UHGV virus genome: UHGV-0277504
DNA length: 64,000 nt
Source: a virus
Direction: 5' to 3' (one strand)
This document shows positions 9,162 to 19,187 of the stretch, piece by piece (position 1 is the first letter of the stretch; each line of letters opens with the position of its first letter). A model generated the notes under the pieces. That model was given only the letters and a program-made list of their open reading frames with translations. It had not been told where the DNA came from and did not search any database. The position numbers and the translations under genes were made by a program.

Positions 9162-10007
9162 TTAGAAAAAAATTGATAATTTTTTATTATTTTTTAAGGT
9201 AATTTCAAAAGTGTACCTGTTATCTTCTTTAATAACTTTAGAATAAGATATATCATTAGTTTTAAATGATAAAAATGATTGACCGCAAGCTATAGAATAT
9301 CTACTAGTATTATCTGATACAATAAATATTCCTGTTTCATTGGTATTATATAAATTATAAGTAATAGAGCCATCATCAAAGAATACACAAGGTATTTCTT
9401 TATTGATAATTCTTCTCTCTAATAGGAAATCAAGTAGTTTTTCCGTATCTACTTTTGTTAATTTATCTTTCTTTGATAGCATACCTAATAATGTTTGTCC
9501 TTCATACTCTTTAAGTGTTGTCAATAAGTAAACCTCGTGTTTAAAGTCTATAATTTCTTCTTCAATTTTATATAATTTTAATTTAATATCTTTAGCAAGT
9601 GTAATTGTAGCTTCTGAAATTTCAGGCTCAATAAATAAGTTTTCTACATCAATAGCTTTAACTTGACTTACTTGAGTTCCTTTTAAAATCATATCTGTAA
9701 GAAGTCCAGGGTCTTTTACACCTTGGTCTATTTGGTCTACTTTAACACTTCCTAATCCTGAAGATTCTAATGATTTATTGTATCTAATAATATTAGGTTT
9801 ATCGTTATCATGAACAATTAATCTATTGATAAATTCAAATCTATTACCTTTTTCAAATGTTACGTCTTCAATGTAAGGCTCAGGTATAACACCAATAGGA
9901 TAATCTTTATCATGATAAGTAATACCTAGTAGTTCAATTTCTCCGTTTTTCATTTTATTATATAATGTCTCAGGTTTAATCTTTTTAAATGTGTTGGTTG
10001 TTAACAT
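9162..10007 (-). CDS. hypothetical protein (281 aa)
   Basis: ORF track. Confidence 0.5.
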   Translation of the reverse strand: MLTTNTFKKIKPETLYNKMKNGEIELLGITYHDKDYPIGVIPEPYIEDVTFEKGNRFEFINRLIVHDNDKPNIIRYNKSLESSGLGSVKVDQIDQGVKDPGLLTDMILKGTQVSQVKAIDVENLFIEPEISEATITLAKDIKLKLYKIEEEIIDFKHEVYLLTTLKEYEGQTLLGMLSKKDKLTKVDTEKLLDFLLERRIINKEIPCVFFDDGSITYNLYNTNETGIFIVSDNTSRYSIACGQSFLSFKTNDISYSKVIKEDNRYTFEITLKNNKKLSIFF

Positions 10008-10438
10008 TAAGAATCCTTCCTTTTATTTGTTTGTTTTCTAATTTTAAATATAAAAATTAGATGTGTACTTTTAAATGTTCTTTGCTCTCTAATACTTAGT
10101 TTTCCTATTAGTAAACCACCTTTATGAACATAATAAAGTCTATCAGTATGTGTTATTTCTTGGTTTTTATATTTCTGTTTTAAGCTTAACATATTTTCAT
10201 TTATACCTGTGGCTTTACTAATTAAATCAATACCATATTTTTTTTGTAATTTAACATCAGTTGAAGATATATTATTAAACTGTTTAGTAAATAGTAATTT
10301 ATACATAGTTGTTGATTTATCTTTGTTAGGGTCTCTATGATTGTAAAACTTTGTATTCCCTGGTGATGGTGTAGGTGCAAAGTTAACTGGCATAAGTTTT
10401 GCTTTTCTTCTTTTATTCATTGATAGACTCAACTCCAT
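10007..10438 (-). CDS. hypothetical protein (143 aa)
   Basis: ORF track. Confidence 0.4.
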   Translation of the reverse strand: MELSLSMNKRRKAKLMPVNFAPTPSPGNTKFYNHRDPNKDKSTTMYKLLFTKQFNNISSTDVKLQKKYGIDLISKATGINENMLSLKQKYKNQEITHTDRLYYVHKGGLLIGKLSIREQRTFKSTHLIFIFKIRKQTNKRKDS

Positions 10439-11162
10439 TTTTTACTACATTAAAGAAGTCTTCTTCAATAACTTTCCATCTATCATTATAACCATAAATA
10501 ACTACCCTTGTAAATAATTTATAGGTATTTTCTTCTCCTAAGTATTTTATTATTTGATTAATAACTGAGAATTTTTTCATTCTTTTAGATTGTGTTGTTT
10601 GAGAGAAGTTACCTGCTCCGCCTGTGTATCTACCATTCTTATTATAGTTATATCCTGAACGGAAAGTAAAAGGGTCTCTTATTTGTTTTAACATTATTAA
10701 TAAGTTATGTTTCCATAGAATATTAAGTGTATGGTATGGGCTTCTCTGAGGTGATATAGTTGCCTTTTTGTATTTACCTACAATAGGTTTACCTTTAACA
10801 TTTATATAGCTTATAATACCTACATGGTGGTGTTTATATCGTTTTAGTATTTGTTCTACTTTAGGTACATGCTTATCATGACACATAATATATACGTATT
10901 TACATACTTGACTATAATAATGTAGTTGTTTATTAAGTCGTTGTGTAGAATCTCTCTCTGTTTTTATCTCGATACCCATTACAGTACCATTTCTATCTAA
11001 TACTAGACAATCAGTTCTACATTTACCTTGACAGATTACTTTCTCATTAAATATAGCAATGTCCTTAACATCACTTGTAATATCATCATCATAAAAAAGG
11101 TGTTGTTTAGTTTTTATTAGGTCTTTTATATCTTTCTCATAAAATTTAACTTCAGAAGACAT
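10413..11162 (-). CDS. hypothetical protein, possible PD-(D/E)xK-fold nuclease
   Basis: LVLDRNGTVMGIEIKTERD fits the D...E-x-K pattern. Cys/His-rich. Confidence 0.35.
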   Translation of the reverse strand: MSSEVKFYEKDIKDLIKTKQHLFYDDDITSDVKDIAIFNEKVICQGKCRTDCLVLDRNGTVMGIEIKTERDSTQRLNKQLHYYSQVCKYVYIMCHDKHVPKVEQILKRYKHHHVGIISYINVKGKPIVGKYKKATISPQRSPYHTLNILWKHNLLIMLKQIRDPFTFRSGYNYNKNGRYTGGAGNFSQTTQSKRMKKFSVINQIIKYLGEENTYKLFTRVVIYGYNDRWKVIEEDFFNVVKNGVESINE

Positions 11163-11691
11163 TTAATCTATCCTCTTTCGTTTTTTTATAATATTCTACT
11201 ACACTCTCTAAAGGTGTATAGGAATTAAACCATTTAATGTTAGATAAGCCAATAAAAACACCTGTATATTTACCATGCTCAACAACTATACCATCTTTTT
11301 GTGTCATTTTTTTATTATCTGGTTGTCTTTCAAAGAACCCTTTTCCAGTCTCACCTGTTACTGTGTCTCTACCTAACGGAATCACAGTAGCTATGAATAT
11401 AGGTTCTTCTTCTACTTTCTTAGGTGTAACTTTCTTAGGTAATCTGCTTTTAATAATATTACTAATTGTTGTTCCTCCAGGTATTGTTTTTCTATATTCT
11501 TCAATTCTATATTTTTTAACTGGATTATCTATATTATTAACATCATGTACATTATATACAATAACATATTCTGATAAATCTTCTTCTATGTGTTCTACTA
11601 TATAAACAGGTTTACCATCAAAATAATAAGCTCCTATACTTACCCTCATTTTTATTGATGGACTATCAAATGCACTAAAATTAAAATCCAT
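11152..11691 (-). CDS. hypothetical protein (179 aa)
   Basis: ORF track. Confidence 0.45.
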   Translation of the reverse strand: MDFNFSAFDSPSIKMRVSIGAYYFDGKPVYIVEHIEEDLSEYVIVYNVHDVNNIDNPVKKYRIEEYRKTIPGGTTISNIIKSRLPKKVTPKKVEEEPIFIATVIPLGRDTVTGETGKGFFERQPDNKKMTQKDGIVVEHGKYTGVFIGLSNIKWFNSYTPLESVVEYYKKTKEDRLNVF

Positions 11692-11755
11692 TCTTCATCA
11701 GTTCCTTCTTTTCTTTTTATTATACCATATAATTAAAGTAGAAGCAAATATGCCT

Positions 11756-12094
11756 CTACTTTTTCTTAATTAACTTAGCTTGAATAAAAGACATAATCAA
11801 GGTAGTAATTAATCCTACAATAAGGTATCCTACTATAAATATAACACAATATAGTATTAAGAACCAAATATTAGTAGGTTGAATAAAATTATCAGAAAAA
11901 AAGCTAATTACTAATAAAAATATAAAACCAAGTAACCAATTAAGTAACGGGTAGTAATAATCAAAGTTATTAAAAGCTGGATAGCCAGCTTTTACTCTTT
12001 CTTTTTCAACCGACCATTGTTGAAATAAAGTAGCGACTGTATTTATTGTAACTAATATCATAGTAGATATTAGTATAGATAAAACATAATTCAA
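11756..12094 (-). CDS. hypothetical membrane protein (112 aa)
   Basis: Hydrophobic helices. Confidence 0.45.
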   Translation of the reverse strand: MNYVLSILISTMILVTINTVATLFQQWSVEKERVKAGYPAFNNFDYYYPLLNWLLGFIFLLVISFFSDNFIQPTNIWFLILYCVIFIVGYLIVGLITTLIMSFIQAKLIKKK

Positions 12095-12106
12095 AATTAA
12101 TCACTC

Positions 12107-13372
12107 CTAATCTAAGAACACTGTTTTAATGTCTATATTCTTAGTCCCCTCTTCTAACACTAATATTTGTTGAGAAGGTTTTGTCTTACTTAAGTGTAAT
12201 TCTTTAGCATAGTTATTATAGCCCATTGGAGAGCTGGCAACAATATGAAATCTGTTATAATCTTCTTGTGTTATTCTATGATGATGTACATGTCCTGTAA
12301 TAAGCAAATCAATATGTGAATCTGTAATAAATTTAGGAATATGATTACCTTTTCCTTTAAGTCCATCACCATGATTAACTACAATTTTTTTACCTAAAAT
12401 TGTATCTCTAATATTATAAATATCTTCCCTATTATCAATAAGCTCAATATCTTTTAATACGCCTTGTTGTTTTAACATAAGTAGCATATCTAGTACTACA
12501 AACGCTACATTATCATTATAAACTTTTTGATTTTTATTACCTTGCATACGGTCATGATTACCACCAATAATACCGAATGTTAATTTACCTGGTACATATT
12601 GTCTAATATTATTTAAAATATCTATAATTAATCTAGTTCCTTTAGAAATTTGTTCAGCTAAAGTAAATTCTGTCTCAAATGCTTGGTTAACATCTCTCAT
12701 AGATATATGTTCTACTAAATCACCTACAAAGTATACTGTAACATCTGTAATATCTTTACTTTCAATATCTTCAATAACTGTCTCTAAAAATTGGTTAAGT
12801 CTACGTTTTAGTATATTAAAGTCGTAACCACCATTAGTATAATCAGATGTCAAAGCACCAATATGAAAATCTGACAGTAAAACTACCATTGATTTTTCTT
12901 TTTCTGTATTTACATAATTATAAAACTGACTTTCTAATAATGTATTCATAGGTTGTAAATCTCTAATTATAGATTTCTTTAAATCTTCCATTAAGATATT
13001 AATATGTGCACCTTGTTTAGCATACTTACGAAATTCTCTTTGTTGTGATAGTGTACGCTCATTCTCAGTAACATATGTTGAAACAGTTTTAAAATAATCG
13101 TTACCTGTAAATACTTTTCTATCATCTACACTTCTTAAGTCACCTAAACCAAGTTCTCCAGATAAAGCTGAGTTTTTAAGACTGTTTAAATACTCATTCT
13201 CTCTAACTGTGTCTACAATATCAACAAATTCTGAAGAATTTACTTTATCTAATCCTAATTCTTTAATAATTTTATTAAATTTAGTTAAAACTATTTTACC
13301 TTCTTCTTTTCCTAGAACTCCGATAACAATAGCATATAACTCTTCTACTGTATTAAATCTACTTTCTGTCAT
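12107..13372 (-). CDS. calcineurin-like metallophosphoesterase (421 aa)
   Basis: LSDFHIG, VGDLVEH, GGNHD and GHVHHH motifs. Confidence 0.65.
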   Translation of the reverse strand: MTESRFNTVEELYAIVIGVLGKEEGKIVLTKFNKIIKELGLDKVNSSEFVDIVDTVRENEYLNSLKNSALSGELGLGDLRSVDDRKVFTGNDYFKTVSTYVTENERTLSQQREFRKYAKQGAHINILMEDLKKSIIRDLQPMNTLLESQFYNYVNTEKEKSMVVLLSDFHIGALTSDYTNGGYDFNILKRRLNQFLETVIEDIESKDITDVTVYFVGDLVEHISMRDVNQAFETEFTLAEQISKGTRLIIDILNNIRQYVPGKLTFGIIGGNHDRMQGNKNQKVYNDNVAFVVLDMLLMLKQQGVLKDIELIDNREDIYNIRDTILGKKIVVNHGDGLKGKGNHIPKFITDSHIDLLITGHVHHHRITQEDYNRFHIVASSPMGYNNYAKELHLSKTKPSQQILVLEEGTKNIDIKTVFLD

Positions 13373-13374
13373 AA

Positions 13375-14124
13375 TTAATTCCCTTCTTTAATAAATTTCA
13401 TTGTATTTTTTGCTAGTCGATTGACTGAACTAGGTATAAATGTACTAAACACATTTGTCTTATCATTATAACGTATATCAAACACTTCTGTCAAGTAATT
13501 TTTATCAACATTTTTACAATGAAATGTTATTAAGTCATTAGTTGACCGTGTTTGAGATGTTATAACAACCACACCAGTATTTCTTTTCCTTAAAATTCTA
13601 TGAGCTAATACATATTTATAGATAACATCATTCTCGTTTAAGAAAAAGAAATTATTACCACCATCAACAACCCTATCTAACATCATTGAAATATAAACTT
13701 CATCTATATTAAGTTCTTTTTCTACTTGTGTGTAATTTATTTCTTCTAAGTTAATAAAGTTAAAATAGTTAGTAAAATCTCTAGCTATACTTAACCACTT
13801 ATCATCTTTTATATCTAATAAAATCATAAGTTGTTTTAATAGACTTAAGTGCTGTTCTTCTTTAGTTACAGTAATAAAATTATCTGGGAATAATCCTATG
13901 TTACTTACATAATAGATACTACCTTTTAAGTATTGAGTATCTATATTTTTATAAATATAACCTACAAAAATAACATCTTCATCTTCTACACTTTCAAAAG
14001 AAACACGATTTATGTCTGTTTCATACTTTATCTTACTAATACCTTGAATATTTTCTTTGAAAAACTTATCTACTATATCCTTCTCAAGTATTAAAGGGTT
14101 AATAAAAATATACACTCTTACCAC
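13375..14124 (-). CDS. hypothetical protein (249 aa)
   Basis: ORF track. Confidence 0.5.
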   Translation of the reverse strand: MVRVYIFINPLILEKDIVDKFFKENIQGISKIKYETDINRVSFESVEDEDVIFVGYIYKNIDTQYLKGSIYYVSNIGLFPDNFITVTKEEQHLSLLKQLMILLDIKDDKWLSIARDFTNYFNFINLEEINYTQVEKELNIDEVYISMMLDRVVDGGNNFFFLNENDVIYKYVLAHRILRKRNTGVVVITSQTRSTNDLITFHCKNVDKNYLTEVFDIRYNDKTNVFSTFIPSSVNRLAKNTMKFIKEGN

Positions 14125-14381
14125 TCCATTCTAGCATATAAATATCCTTTTGATTCTTTATCTAGTCCTAAATTATCTTTACCATATTCTAGTACTCTAT
14201 AACCATAAATATTTAGATAGTTTTGTATTGCGTTCATTTGACTTTGCACATTAACAGTAGCTACTGAAACTGTATCAAACTTAACAGCTACAAACTCTTC
14301 TTTATTTTCCATAAGTCTTTTTACTTTAACATGGTCGTCTGGGTTTCTAAGTAGAATAATATTCTCTTCTTTTATCATCAT
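14118..14381 (-). CDS. hypothetical protein (87 aa)
   Basis: ORF track. Confidence 0.4.
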   Translation of the reverse strand: MMIKEENIILLRNPDDHVKVKRLMENKEEFVAVKFDTVSVATVNVQSQMNAIQNYLNIYGYRVLEYGKDNLGLDKESKGYLYARMEW

Positions 14382-14411
14382 TTACACCTCTCTATATTTA
14401 TTACAATTAAT

Positions 14412-14440
14412 ACTATAACATATATGTATATATTTGTCAA
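14412..14440 (-). promoter_or_regulatory. promoter TTGACA-17-TATAGT
   Basis: Minus strand: -35 at 14440..14435, -10 at 14417..14412. Confidence 0.45.
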
Positions 14441-14471
14441 TAAAAAAAGACTAGGAATTTAATCCTAGTCT
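14441..14471 (-). terminator. rho-independent terminator
   Basis: AGACTAGGA-ATTTAA-TCCTAGTCT perfect 9-bp stem followed by a U7 run on the minus strand, 14 nt after the stop of the 14485..15144 gene. Confidence 0.65.
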
Positions 14472-14484
14472 AAAAAGCGGTATA

Positions 14485-15144
14485 TTATTGAGGTTTTTCT
14501 TCTGCATTAACATCTGCTGTTGTATCTTTAGGGTCTACAGATACGTCTACATCTACGTCTGAACGTGACTCAGAAGGTTCTGAAGTATCTCCTTGCCCTT
14601 CACTTTGGTCGTTATGACGTACGTCTTCACGAGCATTTCCTGTTGGATAACTTGAAATTAAATCTTCGTTTGCACGACCTTTTTTATCTTCTGTTTTATC
14701 AGCATCTGATTGTTCTACGTCTTTAACTTCAAGTACGTCTTCTTTCTCATTAGTAATAAAGACGTTATATACTCCTAAACAGAATCTATCTTCAATAAAT
14801 GCTAAGAACGCTTGTACTAATTGTTTACCTTTATCTAAACCTTTAATGTTTTCAGTTCGGATAAATGATTGGTGGTAAGGGTCAAATAAAGTGTTCACTA
14901 CAAAATGAATATTATCTCCGTCTGTGTATACAACTGGAGAATCTTTCATTACATTAATAGTACCTCTACCATCTAATTGAATAGGGAATAAGAATAATTC
15001 ACCATCTTGCTCTTTACAAATGTAAGAATAAATACCTCTATGTGTACGTGTATACCCGTCTTGTTCAGTTCTTACTTGTAAGTATTTATCTTTCAATGTT
15101 ACTGTATCTTGCGTTAAAACTTCTTGTAAACTTTTTTTAGCCAT
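14485..15144 (-). CDS. hypothetical protein with a long acidic S/D/E-rich C-terminal tail
   Basis: C-terminal ~70 aa: ...SDADKTEDKK...SEPSESRSDVDVDVSVDPKDTTADVNAEEKPQ. Confidence 0.5.
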   Translation of the reverse strand: MAKKSLQEVLTQDTVTLKDKYLQVRTEQDGYTRTHRGIYSYICKEQDGELFLFPIQLDGRGTINVMKDSPVVYTDGDNIHFVVNTLFDPYHQSFIRTENIKGLDKGKQLVQAFLAFIEDRFCLGVYNVFITNEKEDVLEVKDVEQSDADKTEDKKGRANEDLISSYPTGNAREDVRHNDQSEGQGDTSEPSESRSDVDVDVSVDPKDTTADVNAEEKPQ

Positions 15145-15156
15145 ATTTAAAATCTC

Positions 15157-15504
15157 CTAACTATTTTTTATAATATCTTTAACTCTAGGTTTAGAAATAA
15201 CTTGATTTGCTATTTCTTCCCTTTGTTTATCTTTTTTACTGAAACTTGTATTTTTCCATGAAGTCCATACAATAGCTACTAATGAAACAATACCAGATAT
15301 AATTAAGTAAAGTTGGTCGTCTGAAATTGGTAAAAAATCTTTACCTAATATACTTGATAATATTAAATTAATAACAGTTATAATTGAAACTATCAACGGT
15401 ACAAATTCAGAAAATTTACGTCTTACTTGTTTTGAATTAGGAATAATAACCTCAACACTATCTAAGGCGTTATTAAATTTATCCTTGTCAAATTTATTTA
15501 TCAT
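15157..15504 (-). CDS. hypothetical membrane protein (115 aa)
   Basis: Two hydrophobic helices. Confidence 0.45.
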   Translation of the reverse strand: MINKFDKDKFNNALDSVEVIIPNSKQVRRKFSEFVPLIVSIITVINLILSSILGKDFLPISDDQLYLIISGIVSLVAIVWTSWKNTSFSKKDKQREEIANQVISKPRVKDIIKNS

Positions 15505-15579
15505 GAAAATAACCTCACTACTGCTTTATTAAATTCATTCCTAATATAACAGTAGTAAGGCTTTTTTGCAAATATTTTG

Positions 15580-16254
15580 TTATTCCCAAACATTATTTTC
15601 AGTATATACTCTGTGTGTATTACTATCTATGTGTCTATTATGCTCATGATAAGCATTAATTTTAAATTTTACATAATCTTTTAGTTCTGACAGCTCTTTT
15701 GCTACATCTTTACGTTTAATTTGAGTGTATTCAGATACTCTGTTAACTATATACTTTTCATCTTCCATATCTTCATTCATTAGTAGTTCTTTTAATAGAA
15801 TACTTTGTAATTCTGTAAATTCTACATCATCAAACACATATCGTATTAATTCACTTTCTTCTATACCTGTAGTTAAAGCTTCAGTTAGAGATTCTACTGT
15901 AGACTCTTTTTTACCTATCAACTCTGTACTTTTATACTTTTTATTTTTTTTAATATAACTATTACGTACTCTTAGAGTTAATTTTGCTTTAATATATCCA
16001 GGAAAATCAACTTTACTGTGTATATCATATTCTTTAACAAGTTTAATAAACTGCTCGTCTATATACTCTCGTAAATCTTCCCTTTCAGCTTCATTAGATA
16101 ATATACCTGCATATTTATGATATAGAGACCATCTTAAATTTTTATATTTATTAAGTAATTTATCTATATCTCTTTCAAAATCAATAGGTATACCATCAGA
16201 ATCAATTACATATCTATTACCGTTGTTCTTCTTCATAAGGGTTTGCTCCTTCAA
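15580..16254 (-). CDS. hypothetical protein. Position just downstream of recA matches the sigma-factor-like gene of Kayvirus-type phages.
   Basis: Synteny only. No clear motif. Confidence 0.4.
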   Translation of the reverse strand: MKEQTLMKKNNGNRYVIDSDGIPIDFERDIDKLLNKYKNLRWSLYHKYAGILSNEAEREDLREYIDEQFIKLVKEYDIHSKVDFPGYIKAKLTLRVRNSYIKKNKKYKSTELIGKKESTVESLTEALTTGIEESELIRYVFDDVEFTELQSILLKELLMNEDMEDEKYIVNRVSEYTQIKRKDVAKELSELKDYVKFKINAYHEHNRHIDSNTHRVYTENNVWE

Positions 16255-16585
16255 AAATAATTTTGATTTTATGATTTTTATCCCTTACAAAAATATCTGA
16301 ATAATGTATTGTTCTAGGTACTTTAACTGTACTATTTTCATATCTAAGTAATGAATAGCCTCCTACCCATCTATCTGAGACATAATTAATATACATTACA
16401 TTAGAATCAGTGTGAGGGAAAGTACCCTCTTCAACAATTACTGATTCATTATTATCTTTTACTTTTTGAAATTTTTTAGCAATACTAATATACTCTCTAG
16501 GTGTTGTATCTTTTGAATTAGATTCACTTAAAGATTGTTTTACTCTATCTATATTTTGGTCTATTAAATTATAACTATTTGTCAT
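16217..16585 (-). CDS. hypothetical protein (122 aa)
   Basis: ORF track. Overlaps the recA stop. Confidence 0.45.
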   Translation of the reverse strand: MTNSYNLIDQNIDRVKQSLSESNSKDTTPREYISIAKKFQKVKDNNESVIVEEGTFPHTDSNVMYINYVSDRWVGGYSLLRYENSTVKVPRTIHYSDIFVRDKNHKIKIIFEGANPYEEEQR

Positions 16586-17598
16586 TCTTCATCCGTACCT
16601 TTGTTTTCAATTTCAGTACTTTTAATCTCATAAAAATCTTTAAGAGCTTGATATTCTTCAATAGTAGTAATATCTACTATTTTATTTTCTAAAGGTCGAT
16701 ACTTAGTAGGAAAGTTTTCAAAGTATACTCTACTAAATAATTCTAAATACAAATCATGATTATTAACAAGTGTAGGAACCCAATCTTTATCATAGTGTTT
16801 AATTTCTTCACCATTTAAAGTTACATAGTTACGCCATGTTCCTTTAGAAATTAAACCTCGTTCTACTGCTTCCTTATAAACTGTGTGATAAGGGTCAATA
16901 CCATCTAATAGCATCGTATCATCTTTAGAGCCTACTTCATAACTTGATAATAAATCTGCTTCCGCTTTTTGTCCTGGTGTAACTAATTTAGATTTTTTAG
17001 TTTCAATACGCATTACATGACCTCTATAAGTAGGCTTACCTGTTGTTACATCTGTTTGTTTAAGACCTGATTCAGCACCCTTGGTTACTTTAATACGTAA
17101 ACTAGCACCATGTTCAAAAGCTCTTCCACCTGTTGATTTTATAGGGTCACCATACATACCTGCGTTCATATCATCGCGAGCTTGGTTGATGATAACTAAC
17201 CCTGTATTAGTATCATTGAGTTTAGGAGTAATAGCATTGATTACTTTTTGTGTAGCTGAGGCTTTTAAACCCATTTGTTTTTCATCAATTCCTCCTTCAA
17301 TTTCTTTAGCTGTTCTTGTAGCTCCTAGAGAATCCCAAATAAATAAAATAGGTACACCAGGTGCTTTTTCGTTAAAAGTATCAATCCAATATTCTAATTC
17401 TTTTCCTACAGTTTCTACTGATAATTCAACAGTATTTTTAAGTCTACCTTCTCCTGCTTGAATAGTAAATAATTTAGATACATCTACCCCTAGTTGCTTC
17501 ATTCGTTGGTTATCTGCTGTTCCTTCAATATCAATCCAAATAGTAATAACACCTAGTTGTGTAGTTATTCTAGATAAGTGTACTGCAAACGTGGATTT
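16582..17598 (-). CDS. recA: RecA-like recombinase, exon 2 (KSTFAVHLS...IDIEGTADNQRMKQLGVDV...)
   Basis: The frame is open upstream of the track's Met back to codon AAA at 17598-17596, which is preceded by CUG and an in-frame TAA. Translation continues the Walker A motif (GSG|KST) and then RecA core motifs. Confidence 0.8.
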   Translation of the reverse strand, partial: KSTFAVHLSRITTQLGVITIWIDIEGTADNQRMKQLGVDVSKLFTIQAGEGRLKNTVELSVETVGKELEYWIDTFNEKAPGVPILFIWDSLGATRTAKEIEGGIDEKQMGLKASATQKVINAITPKLNDTNTGLVIINQARDDMNAGMYGDPIKSTGGRAFEHGASLRIKVTKGAESGLKQTDVTTGKPTYRGHVMRIETKKSKLVTPGQKAEADLLSSYEVGSKDDTMLLDGIDPYHTVYKEAVERGLISKGTWRNYVTLNGEEIKHYDKDWVPTLVNNHDLYLELFSRVYFENFPTKYRPLENKIVDITTIEEYQALKDFYEIKSTEIENKGTDEE

Positions 17599-18974
17599 CA
17601 GTTACTACCCCTAGTTTCCTAGTACTTTAACACTAATTTAATAGTGGGCTTAGACTATATCTTGAATTGCCTGGTCTGCAAGTTTTTGCTTTCGGTCTAT
17701 ATGAATATTATTATCTTGATATAGTAATTTCATTAATTCTTTAGCTTTTTTACCTGTATAACTTATTCTATAAGAGGTACTAGTTTTAGATACTTTAGGA
17801 CATTTTAAACCTAATAAATCATTAATCCAAGTACCTACATCCTTTAAAAATTCAGGATGATTATTAATTAAAGTTATAAACCATCTATTATTATAATACC
17901 CGATTGAACCATCACCATCAAATAACCCTCTTAAATAATGCTTTCTTAAATCATAAGGTATATCTTGTGTTAACCATTCTGTTTTTTTAGACTTCATAGG
18001 TACTATACCATATTTAGCTAAGTCATTACATAGTTTTTCATCGGTAACACTAAAAGTATAAGTTTGTTTTTCGTTTTTTATATAATCTCTTTTTCTATGT
18101 GATTCATATATTTTACTGTCTGAATTCAATTCTTTTTGAACTCTTTTTACTATTTCTTTATCAATCAATTCTAGTGTTAAGTAACATTGCCCTTCTCGTC
18201 TATATCTAACACACCCATCAGCCATTAATAAACCTAGTATATAAGCTTTCTCTTCAGTATCAATTACTTCAAAGAAATTTCTATTTATATTTCTATTAAC
18301 GCTTCTAGTTTGATAGTAAGAAGTATCTACTCCAAAGTCTTTTAGTATTCTACCTATTTCTCTTGCGTGTGTTGTATATACCTCTTTTATCTCTGCTATA
18401 GTCATAGACTCTTTAGTATACATTCTTAGTATATCTTGTTTTTGCTTATTAGTCCATCTTCGTTTTTTATTTGTGTCAATATTAAACTCATCTAAAATTT
18501 TCTTGATAGTGAAATAATGTGCATTATACTTATCTTGTAATTCTTTAAACGTTTTACCTTCTTGAAATGATTTTACTATATCTTGTTTCTCTTCATTAGT
18601 CCAAACTCGTTTTACCATATTATACTACTCTCCATTTTTCTAATAGATTTCGTAGGCAATTCCCATGCACTTCAAAGATTAATATCTTTTACTCTACTCA
18701 GTTACTCTCTAATACCTCTCGGTACTAGATATCTTTTCGATAGTCGTTGAACCTTCTTCTTATCTTTCAACTTAGAAGCTTGGATGCTGATTACCTACAC
18801 TATATAATATAACAAAAAGTTTTCGTTATACCATATAACTCATATACTTATTATTTTTAAACATTCACGCCTACTGTTTCCAGTTACGTTGTAGTTAATA
18901 AGTCTTTAAGGCTTCCCAGCAATTCACATGGGTTTGTAATAACTCTTTACAAGTCACTGTGGCTATTTAAGGCA
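17599..18974 (-). mobile_element. group I intron in recA (about 1376 nt) carrying a LAGLIDADG homing endonuclease gene
   Basis: Exon 1 ends ...GGC AGU GGU with a terminal U. The intron begins UGCCUUAAAUAGCCAC, so the GCCAC internal guide can pair with the exon GUGGU. The intron ends in G at 17599. GC-richer ORF-free core at 18619-18974. Confidence 0.75.
17650..18618 (-). CDS. LAGLIDADG homing endonuclease (intron-encoded)
   Basis: Two LAGLIDADG motifs: LGLLMADGCV and LRGLFDGDGSI. Confidence 0.8.
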   Translation of the reverse strand: MVKRVWTNEEKQDIVKSFQEGKTFKELQDKYNAHYFTIKKILDEFNIDTNKKRRWTNKQKQDILRMYTKESMTIAEIKEVYTTHAREIGRILKDFGVDTSYYQTRSVNRNINRNFFEVIDTEEKAYILGLLMADGCVRYRREGQCYLTLELIDKEIVKRVQKELNSDSKIYESHRKRDYIKNEKQTYTFSVTDEKLCNDLAKYGIVPMKSKKTEWLTQDIPYDLRKHYLRGLFDGDGSIGYYNNRWFITLINNHPEFLKDVGTWINDLLGLKCPKVSKTSTSYRISYTGKKAKELMKLLYQDNNIHIDRKQKLADQAIQDIV

Positions 18975-19187
18975 ACCACTGCCCGTTAAACCATACACTT
19001 CTGTAAGTCTTCCTAAAGGAATACCTCCCCCTAGAATTCTATCATATTGAGGAACCATAGTAGGAATTATATTTGTAATGTCTGCTTTATTACTATCTGA
19101 TAATAGAGTTAAACCCATTTCTTTACCTAAATCAATGGTATTGTAATCTTTCATATCTATTTCTTTACCTTTTTTTGCTCTTGCCAT
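18975..19187 (-). CDS. recA: RecA-like recombinase, exon 1 (MARAKKGKEI...ILGGGIPLGRLTEVYGLTGSG)
   Basis: RBS AAAGGTGAT 6 nt before the ATG at 19187. The ORF in the track continues into the intron and stops after CLK. Confidence 0.75.

Noticed and set aside
12107-13372. Second SbcD/Mre11 copy
   Set aside because: It shares the calcineurin-like motifs but has no adjacent Rad50/SbcC partner, and its motif spacing differs from the bona fide SbcD at 37280..38314. Called a generic metallophosphoesterase.
18619-18962. GC-richer ORF-free segments (18619-18962, 23041-23193, 29267-29542, 30125-30246, 40741-40830) examined as possible tRNA genes
   Set aside because: No cloverleaf, GTTC-type T-loop or CCA-proximal acceptor pairing found. 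They are explained as group I intron catalytic cores and the tnpB 3' flank. No tRNA claimed.
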